From: a virus | Lineage: Duplodnaviria > Caudoviricetes | Strand: one strand, 5' to 3' | DNA: 59,862 nucleotides | IMG/VR virus record: IMGVR_UViG_3300028862_000314 | Span: 1 to 59,862 of that record | Part shown: piece after piece, positions 39,465-47,245 of the stretch | Layout: each line of letters begins with the position of its first letter | How positions within the stretch are numbered: the stretch's first letter is position 1 | Program-made: the position numbers and the translations under genes | Notes under the pieces: model-generated | The model's input: the letters and a program-made list of their open reading frames with translations, nothing else | The model's database searches: none | Told to the model about the DNA's origin: nothing

Positions 39465-39891
39465 TGCTAACAGCGTATATAACAAAATAAATTATTTGGG
39501 CTGTACGTGTGGCTCGGTAGGCGCATTCATCGCTTCATAATCAATGTACACATCATACAGTTGTTCTGTTGTACGCCAAACATTTATGTCGTAAAAAGAC
39601 CAATAAGATTTAACCCAAACCTTTTGATTTGCATCTGTTGGATGTTGTCTGCATATCCAATTATACTTAGTAGTCCATTCAACAAAATCAATTGCCATTA
39701 TTTTTGAATAGTTAGACATGGCATCAAGTACTTCTGGAACATCAAATGTTATTTTAACACCTGGTCTCCTTCTTTCTCTTGCCTGTTTAAGTATTTCTAA
39801 TCTTGTTATGCTTTCCATAATTGTACAATATTTAGGTAAAGTGTGTAATTGAGGTAATAATTTCTCTTGTCATATACGCCATCCGTTAGTT
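39465..39891 (+). repeat. attC-like site 7 (gene in loop)
   Basis: CTAAC.GCGTATATAACAAAATAAATTATT / AATAATTTCTCTTGTCATATACGC..CGTTAGT. Confidence 0.8.
39492..39818 (-). CDS. cassette 7 hypothetical phage protein
   Basis: AIDFVEW...TTEQLY motif; same leader as the cassette 2 and 5 genes. Confidence 0.65.
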   Translation of the reverse strand: MESITRLEILKQARERRRPGVKITFDVPEVLDAMSNYSKIMAIDFVEWTTKYNWICRQHPTDANQKVWVKSYWSFYDINVWRTTEQLYDVYIDYEAMNAPTEPHVQPK

Positions 39892-40080
39892 GCAATTACA
39901 GAAAAACTCAACAACTGCTGAAATAATAACTACATATACAGAAACATACAATAAAGTATATAAGATATAAAGTGATTGGTCTCCGTTGTAGGTTTTATAA
40001 TGAAAATCAGCCGTTTTAATAGATAACCAAATTGTTAACCCGAAAGTCACAAAAAATCCTAATAATATTAAAGTATTCAT
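39886..40080 (-). CDS. cassette 8 two-TM membrane protein (TAA stop in crossover core)
   Basis: Two hydrophobic segments; ATG at 40080. Confidence 0.6.
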   Translation of the reverse strand: MNTLILLGFFVTFGLTIWLSIKTADFHYKTYNGDQSLYILYTLLYVSVYVVIISAVVEFFCNCN

Positions 40081-40098
40081 AATTAATTTAATAACTGC

Positions 40099-40227
40099 AA
40101 CTAACACTAAATATAAAATATACGGGTGTCAGTGCATATTTGAACGGTATTACCTTTAATTTGCTTTCGTGTATCGGGATAGGATACCGCTTTTAATCCC
40201 GTACATTTCATATTTTTAACGTTGGCA
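40099..40227 (+). repeat. attC-like site 8
   Basis: CTAAC..AAATATAAAATATACGGG / CCCGTACATTTCATATTT..CGTTGGC. Confidence 0.8.
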
Positions 40228-40233
40228 GCAATA

Positions 40234-41028
40234 CTACCAAAGTGCCAGTTTCAAGTTTCGTTTATAATTGAACCATCTTTTTTCTTCGTCCTGAAAATAT
40301 TCCGAATCAATTTCAGTGCCGACAAATTCGCATTCAAATTTATCTGCAGTAATTCGGCTACTTCCTGAGCCTAAATGTGTATCAATTACTTTCATTTTGT
40401 ATATGCCAAATTCTTTAAAAATAGCATCGTAGAGCATCACTGGCTTATGGCAAGGGTGTATTCTTTTTTCATTTAGTTTTTTGTTTCCTTGCTGTACCAT
40501 TGGTTCACTAAGGCTTTTCGCTTGCATCATTCCAGCCCATAAAAGCGGTATTTCAATTTCGTAATTAATAGAGCTGCAGTAAGCATATTCAAATTGGTTA
40601 AAACTTACACCTTCCGCAAATCCTTTATTCCATTTAATTCGTCCTTTGCCTAATCCTGTCCATTCGGTATAGTCAGCTCCGAAAATTATTTGGTTTTTGC
40701 TTATTCGTTTTAGTTCATCAAAATATGCTTGAGGTGGTGTGGCATTATCCCAATCCTTAAAAGTATGTTTATGTTTATTTCTGTTTGGGTTTATTCGAGT
40801 TCCATTTTTTTGTTTTACAGTCGTTTTGGTTTCTTTCAAATAAGCCATTTTAGCAACTCCAATCCCATAAGGTATGTCACAAACCGCCCAATCGAAATAT
40901 TTATTAGGAAACAAACCCATAACAGACGAATAATGAGCATTAAACACCGTACTGCTGCCAACAACAGGTATAGCAAATAAAGGCTGCTGTGGTTTGCGGT
41001 CGGTAGTGCTTTCTATATTATTCATCAT
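40234..41028 (-). CDS. cassette 9 DNA amino-methyltransferase (N4/N6, beta class; start inside attC loop)
   Basis: DIPY motif IV variant, HPCHKP, IDTHLGSGS; FAIPVVGSST from attC arm. Confidence 0.85.
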   Translation of the reverse strand: MMNNIESTTDRKPQQPLFAIPVVGSSTVFNAHYSSVMGLFPNKYFDWAVCDIPYGIGVAKMAYLKETKTTVKQKNGTRINPNRNKHKHTFKDWDNATPPQAYFDELKRISKNQIIFGADYTEWTGLGKGRIKWNKGFAEGVSFNQFEYAYCSSINYEIEIPLLWAGMMQAKSLSEPMVQQGNKKLNEKRIHPCHKPVMLYDAIFKEFGIYKMKVIDTHLGSGSSRITADKFECEFVGTEIDSEYFQDEEKRWFNYKRNLKLALW

Positions 41029-41085
41029 CGGTTGATAGTTTACTGGTTTCTAATCCTTTACTTGCCATACCTGCGACCGTTAAGT
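40956..41085 (+). repeat. attC-like site 9
   Basis: GCCAAC..CAGGTATAGCAAATAAAGG / CCTTTACTTGCCATACCTG..CGTTAAG. Confidence 0.8.
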
Positions 41086-41106
41086 GCAATACCTACGCAC
41101 GAAACA

Positions 41107-41592
41107 CTATTTAATTTTAATTCCTAATCCTATTCCACTATAAACAGCAAGCCCTATACCTCCTACAATCAACCCTCCGTCTATTGTAGCGTTAAATATT
41201 CCTACGCTAATCATAGTGTAACCTATTCCGGCCTCTGCCTGAAACTTCTTTGCTATATCCCAACTATCATCACTGCAGTGGTGTTCAAGTTTGGCCTGTC
41301 CTATTCCTGCATTGATCGTTACACGGTTAAATGATCGTGATGCACCTACAACAAATGATTGGTTTGTGTCGAAGCAATCCTCCGTATTTTTACCTTCCTG
41401 CCAGCTTACGGCAGCATAAGAGGCTATATATCCTCCCCATGTCGGAGAAGTATAAAATAACTTACCGCTTGCCTGCCCGTCTGAGTTATAGTGAATAGCT
41501 GCGCCTATCACTTGTGAGTTAGCCTTTATTGGGATCTGCGCCAATAAGAATATCATAATTGCAATAGCTGATAATTTTAATGCTGTTTTCAT
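41107..41592 (-). CDS. secreted, putative small outer-membrane beta-barrel protein
   Basis: Signal-peptide-like N-terminus; alternating Gly/aromatic strands; C-terminal GIGLGIKIK. Confidence 0.55.
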   Translation of the reverse strand: MKTALKLSAIAIMIFLLAQIPIKANSQVIGAAIHYNSDGQASGKLFYTSPTWGGYIASYAAVSWQEGKNTEDCFDTNQSFVVGASRSFNRVTINAGIGQAKLEHHCSDDSWDIAKKFQAEAGIGYTMISVGIFNATIDGGLIVGGIGLAVYSGIGLGIKIK

Positions 41593-41990
41593 AGCTTTGA
41601 GTATTTGATTATTACTTGAATAAGATTGAATCTGTCATGTTTATATGCTTTTTTGTAACTTGCCTGGGCAAAAAAATCTAACTGATCTACTCTTTCGTTT
41701 CCAATTTTTTTAACCAGATTCTTCCGATACTCTAACAGGTTCCCGTGTTTATGGTAGTTACATTGTAGGCACTGTCTATGTACATTGTCCTCGTTGAACT
41801 CCATTGAAGCATAATGTCCTGCCGAATAAAAGTGTCCGGCTTGTGGGTCATTACGTGTTCCGCAACTTATACAGCCCTGTTCTTCATCCCTTTTTCTTAT
41901 CCATGCCCTAAATAGTTTACCGGCCTTGGTTCGTAGTTGTGGAACTGAGTATTTTTTGTAATGCTGTATTTGAGTTGCTGTGAGTTCCAT
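41589..41990 (-). CDS. ninG: NinG/Rap-like recombination endonuclease
   Basis: IRKRD..CISCG..AGHF..FNEDNVH.QC..CN..KHGNLLEYR. Confidence 0.85.
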   Translation of the reverse strand: MELTATQIQHYKKYSVPQLRTKAGKLFRAWIRKRDEEQGCISCGTRNDPQAGHFYSAGHYASMEFNEDNVHRQCLQCNYHKHGNLLEYRKNLVKKIGNERVDQLDFFAQASYKKAYKHDRFNLIQVIIKYSKL

Positions 41991-42039
41991 TACAGTTGTA
42001 AGTGTTAAATATTAAATTCAAATTGCTTTTCTTTTGCTG

Positions 42040-42306
42040 TTAAAAATCATAATCCCTAGAGAGTAGTATTGATTCTGCCGTAATTGGATCACAATTATTT
42101 TCTTTGGTGATGGAATCTATCATGTAATCGTGCCACAACTCATAAGGGGTTAGTTTTATTTCACTATGATTAACCACCCATATACTGAACTTTTTAGATT
42201 CTTTGTTTGAATAAATCTGCATAGCATCCAGTATATTTGATAAACTTTCATCGGGGATGCTCTTAATCTCTATTGCTTCACTGAGTATTTCTAATGCTTC
42301 TGTCAT
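42040..42306 (-). CDS. hypothetical protein
   Basis: ORF in early/middle operon. Confidence 0.55.
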   Translation of the reverse strand: MTEALEILSEAIEIKSIPDESLSNILDAMQIYSNKESKKFSIWVVNHSEIKLTPYELWHDYMIDSITKENNCDPITAESILLSRDYDF

Positions 42307-42309
42307 GTG

Positions 42310-42531
42310 TTAAATTATTGATTCAATTTTCTTTATCGCGCTATAAACTCCGCTTGTTGTTGTGTTAAATAATTCAGCTATTCTGCTTGAAACTAAATAT
42401 GATTGTTTGTTGAGAGCGAAATAACAAGCGTGTCTACACATAAAGTTTTTTTTAAAGTCCTTTGGTTTAATCCCGTAGTAGCTACAAATCTTTTCTATAA
42501 CTACATGAGGTGGTGTATCGTGGGTGTTCAT
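42310..42531 (-). CDS. DnaA C-terminal-like HTH protein
   Basis: IEKICSYYGI...RH..Y...S.RIAELFN....VYSAIKKI. Confidence 0.55.
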   Translation of the reverse strand: MNTHDTPPHVVIEKICSYYGIKPKDFKKNFMCRHACYFALNKQSYLVSSRIAELFNTTTSGVYSAIKKIESII

Positions 42532-43166
42532 TCATCTGTTTTGATATTCATTAATTCTTCATCAACAAGCCATTCTTTATTAACTAGCCAATCAGATCCC
42601 ACTTTTTTCATTATCTCCTTCCCTGATGTTTCTCCACAAGTTCTCTGATCTCCGTATAATTTTGCCAGTTCGTGTTTTTGATTCTCATGCTCTCTATCGG
42701 AAACAAATTCAGCAGCATTTAACCGTTCATCAAATACCTGCCTGAACCATGATAATATTTTTGCTCCATCTAATCCCTCGTATATGGCCCCAAACTTTCC
42801 CATTTTAGCCTGTTTGAATATGTAAATCATATCGGCTATCTTAATCATTGGAAATTCATCCAGTATCATTTCTGCGGTAATATCAATTTGTGCGCCCGTC
42901 ATGCTTCGGGTTAAATTCAGGTAGTCAGACAATTCAAGTAAATGCGCTTTTATTAAACTGACTGCCAATAGTTCATTTACTTTGTTTTTCAAATAACCCA
43001 GTGACGGAGTATTGTATTCTGGCTTTATTAAATCCGAAACCGATTTTAATTTAACCTGCAGTTCCCTGCTCGATTGCGGATTGTATATCTCTAGCAAGTT
43101 TTTGACGGTAATCGTCGCTAACTCTGTTATTTGATTTGACCCTGTTTTTATTAGTGCCGTTGACAT
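42528..43166 (-). CDS. replication accessory protein (helicase-loader-like position)
   Basis: Follows initiator; F..AK.GKFG..Y..LD motif. Confidence 0.5.
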   Translation of the reverse strand: MSTALIKTGSNQITELATITVKNLLEIYNPQSSRELQVKLKSVSDLIKPEYNTPSLGYLKNKVNELLAVSLIKAHLLELSDYLNLTRSMTGAQIDITAEMILDEFPMIKIADMIYIFKQAKMGKFGAIYEGLDGAKILSWFRQVFDERLNAAEFVSDREHENQKHELAKLYGDQRTCGETSGKEIMKKVGSDWLVNKEWLVDEELMNIKTDE

Positions 43167-43986
43167 GATCTTTAAGTTTTAATTTGAACCAGTTACCAAA
43201 ATATTTTTTTGCCTCCTTATCTGTTAAGGGAAAACTTGATAAGTCTTTTAAGTGTCTTGTAAATGCCGGGATATGTTTTGTTACGTCCTCGGTTGATATT
43301 GTTAATTTGTAGGTATCAAAAGCTGTTGTTACAAGTGATTCGTGCTGAGAATAATTATTTTCTAATTCGTGTTCGAGTTCAGATATTTTTTCTTCCGTAT
43401 AAACAATCCCATGTTTACCGAATAATGATTCAAATTTTTCCGGCCCCGGGAAATCTTCTTCTTTTTTTTCTTTGTTTTTTAAATCACTAATAAATTTTTC
43501 AAATTCAGATTCATATTTGTTTAATAGTGTATAGTTATTAGTTAATAGTATTATATTATTACCAGTTAGAGTACCAGTTAGAGTACCAGGTAGTGTATCA
43601 GGTAGTGTATCAGGTACAGTACCATGTATAGTATCAGATAGAGGCACAGCTACAGTACCAGTTAGAGTATCATTTTTTGATACACTAAGAATTGTTAATT
43701 TTATCCTTGGTGACTTATTTAGGTTGATTCCCTTCTCCCATTGCAGTAAACCAAATTTGCATAATTCATCAAGTATTGCGTAATAAGTTGTTTTACTTTG
43801 AATAGCTGCGCCCTGCATTGCAAGGTCCCAGGGACACTTAAACCATACAGCCCAGTTATTCCTATTGTTTTGATTTAAAAGGAACATATACAGGCTTATG
43901 TGTGTTGGCCTAATGTCATGTACTCCATTGAAAACAATAGAATAGAATGCTTTTAACTGAGTATGTAGTTCAATCCTGTTAGCCAT
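43051..43986 (-). CDS. replication initiator protein
   Basis: N-terminal wHTH-like HISLY.FL..NN..W; internal tandem repeats; C-terminal YF.NW. Confidence 0.7.
   Translation of the reverse strand: MANRIELHTQLKAFYSIVFNGVHDIRPTHISLYMFLLNQNNRNNWAVWFKCPWDLAMQGAAIQSKTTYYAILDELCKFGLLQWEKGINLNKSPRIKLTILSVSKNDTLTGTVAVPLSDTIHGTVPDTLPDTLPGTLTGTLTGNNIILLTNNYTLLNKYESEFEKFISDLKNKEKKEEDFPGPEKFESLFGKHGIVYTEEKISELEHELENNYSQHESLVTTAFDTYKLTISTEDVTKHIPAFTRHLKDLSSFPLTDKEAKKYFGNWFKLKLKDHVNGTNKNRVKSNNRVSDDYRQKLARDIQSAIEQGTAG
43561..43672. repeat. 12-bp tandem repeats (iteron-like origin) in initiator gene
   Basis: ACCAGTTAGAGT x2, CAGGTAGTGTAT x2 and degenerate copies, beside an AT-rich tract (43500-43560). Confidence 0.7.
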
Positions 43987-43988
43987 TT

Positions 43989-44111
43989 CTATGTTTCAAT
44001 TATAATAAACCCCAATAGCAAAACCCGACCCGAACGGTGTCCAGTCGCAGAGGGTACGGGTAATGCTAATAAGGGTAAGTGAAAGTTATTTTTCATTTTT
44101 TGGACACCGTT
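43989..44111 (-). promoter_or_regulatory. structured 5' leader (pseudoknot + 35-aa uORF) of the initiator gene
   Basis: 11-bp perfect complement 44033-44043/44101-44111; hairpin 44010-44075; uORF 44096-43989. Confidence 0.55.
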
Positions 44112-44293
44112 AGGAATGACAAATATACAACTTAACGTGACAAAATCGCACATTTATCAAAAATAAATATTTTATTTCTTTGTCTGCATATACCGGTCCT
44201 TATAAACAAAGGGTTTATCGTCCGGCTTAAAGTAGTTCCTGATGGCTACAACTGCTATGGTAAGGAGTATTAAGCCCCAAAATATCAGGTATA

Positions 44294-44743
44294 TCATACC
44301 ATTTCCTCCATCATTATATCCTGTTCTTCTTCAACAGCATGTTTTCTGTTCTTACGTGATACCCTGGCCCTGTCGCTGTAATTTGTTGACCCTGTATGTG
44401 CTACTCCTGCGTTATCAATAAAGTGAATCAATGCAGCTTCCATATCTCTACCAGGTCTTATTTGCAATGCACACCTTTTGATGTGTCTGAAATTTGGCCT
44501 ACTCTCCATGTGCTTGTATTTCAATGGAAGGTTACCCGTATCAATCCATTGTTCAGGTGATTCTTCCCGGGACCTGGCTATTAAGGCCTTTTGTTTTAAC
44601 TCAATCTGAGGATTAAGCATGTTAACCCGGTCCTGTTGTACTTTCGATGCCTGAACTTCTGAAAGTTCTTCGGCAGGTTTGTTGTGTCTGGGCATAGTTT
44701 TAGGTGTTAAATTGTCTGGTTGAAAATATTTCTTGTTTAGCAT
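44294..44743 (-). CDS. hypothetical protein (likely start 44695)
   Basis: ORF in co-oriented operon. Confidence 0.5.
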   Translation of the reverse strand: MLNKKYFQPDNLTPKTMPRHNKPAEELSEVQASKVQQDRVNMLNPQIELKQKALIARSREESPEQWIDTGNLPLKYKHMESRPNFRHIKRCALQIRPGRDMEAALIHFIDNAGVAHTGSTNYSDRARVSRKNRKHAVEEEQDIMMEEMV

Positions 44744-45098
44744 AGCTTATTTGCGTTCTGAACCACTCTAATCGGTGTGTAGCTGATTTATTTATTCTTT
44801 CGGACCAATCATATACAAATCGTTCATCACGGCATAGGCTGTCTATAATTGCGTTTACTGTCCTGGCAGAAACATAAGTAGTTTCAGTTGCTAGCTTTCG
44901 TATAGAATCAAATATTTCACTCTGCATTTTGGCGTTGAGTTTCTTTTTTGATTGGGCCATTATATACCCGGATCGGCTTATTATTACGGAAAGCTCATTA
45001 CCCTTTTTAAAAAGCACGTTCACATCCTCAGAAATATCTTCTTCAATTATCTGTTGATACTGTTCTAATTCGTCTTTAAGTTTGTCGAGTTCCGTCAT
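44700..45098 (-). CDS. conserved helical phage protein
   Basis: W.ERIN.SATH.LE..RT.ISY.K.E motif. Confidence 0.6.
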   Translation of the reverse strand: MTELDKLKDELEQYQQIIEEDISEDVNVLFKKGNELSVIISRSGYIMAQSKKKLNAKMQSEIFDSIRKLATETTYVSARTVNAIIDSLCRDERFVYDWSERINKSATHRLEWFRTQISYAKQEIFSTRQFNT

Positions 45099-45234
45099 TT
45101 TACCTGTATTAAGTGTGGTTTAATTGGTTGTTGTCCTGCTGCCCTTATTCCTCCGGCCCATTTCGACATGAATATTATAAAGGCTATCAGGATGAAGAAA
45201 AGAAGTACATAATTCCAGTTCCAGCGAGTTTTCA

Positions 45235-45975
45235 TCAGAAGGGGGTTTTATCAAGTGGTATCGTCATTTTCTTGTCAGCTATCCAAACCTGCTTCCCGGG
45301 AACTACAAAATCTATTGCTGATTTAAAGTTCTTTGCGTGTGAATTGCCATCAGAAAGGTGAAGGAGTACAATGTTATTGAGTACGGTAGTATCATTCTCC
45401 TGGAGAAACTCTTTTACTGATTGTAAGCTCATGTGACTGAACATTACCCTATCCCTTACTGATTTGTTTGCTCCATTTGCAACACGTTCATCAATAATAT
45501 CATTATCGTAATTAGCCTCAATAAGCAGATTGTTAAGTCCTTTGATCTTGTATTCTATGTACATTGAATCGGTACAGAATAAAGTATCTCCACATTCAGG
45601 GTGACGAATCAGAAACATCAAAGGTTCTGCAGCATCATGCACTGCCTTTATCGGGAGTATGGTAAACTGTCCTAGTTTAAATTTAAACCCATGCTCAACA
45701 CAAATAATTAACCTCGTATGGTTGGGTTGAATCTTTGTCTTGGTTCCGTATGAGGTATAAACATCAATACCGGCCTGTAACAATTCCTTTACGTGTCCAG
45801 CATGGTCCCCGTGTTCGTGGGTAACCAGGCAGCCAATTATACTACTCAAATCAAAATCAAGCGACTGCTTTACTTCCGATATTTTAACTCCTGCTTCCAG
45901 TATAAGGGTTTGTGTTCTCCCTTTTAAAAGATAACAGTTGCCTTTTGATGAAGATCCCAAACATATTAGTTCCAT
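45235..45975 (-). CDS. MBL-fold metallo-hydrolase (nuclease)
   Basis: LGSSSKGNCY, THEHGDH, HDA, EANY, HLS motifs. Confidence 0.85.
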   Translation of the reverse strand: MELICLGSSSKGNCYLLKGRTQTLILEAGVKISEVKQSLDFDLSSIIGCLVTHEHGDHAGHVKELLQAGIDVYTSYGTKTKIQPNHTRLIICVEHGFKFKLGQFTILPIKAVHDAAEPLMFLIRHPECGDTLFCTDSMYIEYKIKGLNNLLIEANYDNDIIDERVANGANKSVRDRVMFSHMSLQSVKEFLQENDTTVLNNIVLLHLSDGNSHAKNFKSAIDFVVPGKQVWIADKKMTIPLDKTPF

Positions 45976-46051
45976 TGTAATTAATTTTTGCAGCCTGCCG
46001 GGGGAACGGTCCCCGACAAGTACCATACAGGCTGATTTACTTTTAAGTGAA

Positions 46052-47098
46052 TTAAAACCCCGGCCCCTTTATTTTCCCGGCACTGGTATCTACTGGGTCG
46101 GGTTCCGGCTGTGGTTCCGGCTGTGGTGTAGTTGTTATGGATATAACTTCTGCTTCCTCCATGTTCAACTCTTTCTTGTTGGCGTTGGCCGATATGGTCT
46201 GCTTTGATTCCGTTGCAGTCTTATCAGTATCTATCAGGTTATTAGCCTGTGATTCGTTTTCTGAAAGCCTGATGTAATCATCATCAATCTTTTGGCTGTC
46301 AATGGTGATAGCTCCATAAGCTGCCCGGCACAAAGTTTTGTATGCCATTTCATTGTACCACCCTTCAATAACTTCGGTTCCGTCTTTCTTCCTTCTGCCC
46401 TGTTCGTCTGTAATCCATTTATCTTTAGTTCCTCCCCAAAATTCGGCACTTGCATAAGCAGGTTTGCGCTTGTCAATTTCCGACTTAGGCCAGAAAACAA
46501 GTTTGTTCTTTGTGTTATCATCGAATACGTGATAATAAAAGCCTCCGATAACATCACCACGTTCAAACGGGTTTGCAGCAACTTCAAAAACATAGGATTC
46601 AACGCTGTTGTGAATATCCTTTTTGATGGGCTTGAACGTATCATTCCCGAATACCAGTTCGATAACTACGTCCTTTGGAATATCAAGGCCGTACTTGGTA
46701 GCCATCAGTTCCTTACCGCGATACCCGGGAACAAAACCAACATCATACTTTTGAGTAGTGTTGTTTTTGTATGGAACCATATTGATATGGTTGGGGAGTG
46801 CCGGATCATAACCGATACGTGCGCAACTAACAACATGAACAGCGAGTGATTCCATGTTGATATTACTCCAAATGATAGGAACTGTATCACGGTATTGTTC
46901 TGCTTTCTTCATCCGCTTTTCTTCTGCCATCTTCAACGACTGGTCAATGCTGATAAAGTAATTTTGTACAAGTCTTTTCTGAAAGTTAGTCAGGGCTATA
47001 CTTCCATTGGTTCCGGCAAATTCTGCCATTACCTTTGATGTGAATCGTTCTGATTGGGTCAACTCCTGCTTAATGACCTGAGTGTTTTGTGTTTCCAT
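46052..47098 (-). CDS. recT: RecT-like single-strand annealing protein
   Basis: GY.G, V.ELV...D.F, EMAYKT..R motifs; between ATPase and MBL genes. Confidence 0.75.
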   Translation of the reverse strand: METQNTQVIKQELTQSERFTSKVMAEFAGTNGSIALTNFQKRLVQNYFISIDQSLKMAEEKRMKKAEQYRDTVPIIWSNINMESLAVHVVSCARIGYDPALPNHINMVPYKNNTTQKYDVGFVPGYRGKELMATKYGLDIPKDVVIELVFGNDTFKPIKKDIHNSVESYVFEVAANPFERGDVIGGFYYHVFDDNTKNKLVFWPKSEIDKRKPAYASAEFWGGTKDKWITDEQGRRKKDGTEVIEGWYNEMAYKTLCRAAYGAITIDSQKIDDDYIRLSENESQANNLIDTDKTATESKQTISANANKKELNMEEAEVISITTTPQPEPQPEPDPVDTSAGKIKGPGF

Positions 47099-47245
47099 TG
47101 TTTTTGTTTTTACAAATTAGTTTTAAAGTAATTCGGTCTAGTTCCCGAAAGTCAAACTTCCAATGATTACCGGTGACAAAAACATTACCGGGGCCGGTGA
47201 GCATCAAAGGAGCAGGTATAGTTCAGTACCTTGCTATGCCCCCTG

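Larger units (their letters stand above)
36120..41085 (+). mobile_element. integron-like gene cassette array (9 cassettes)
   Basis: Nine AAC...CGTT fold-back sites; crossover G at 36120, 36640, 37224, 37577, 38144, 39032, 39371, 39885, 40221, 41079; each cassette's ends are complementary. Confidence 0.85.

Noticed and set aside
36120-41085. CRISPR array or REP/terminator interpretation of the repeats
   Set aside because: Repeats are not identical, spacing is 336-888 bp with genes, there are no cas genes, and the hairpins lack U-tracts while sharing an AAC/CGTT core.
36120-41085. Invertible shufflon
   Set aside because: All genes and all sites have the same polarity; self-complementary cassette ends fit excision/insertion better than inversion.
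45990-46035. GC-rich hairpin between recT and MBL gene as a riboswitch/ncRNA
   Set aside because: Short, with no recognisable family motif; insufficient evidence.
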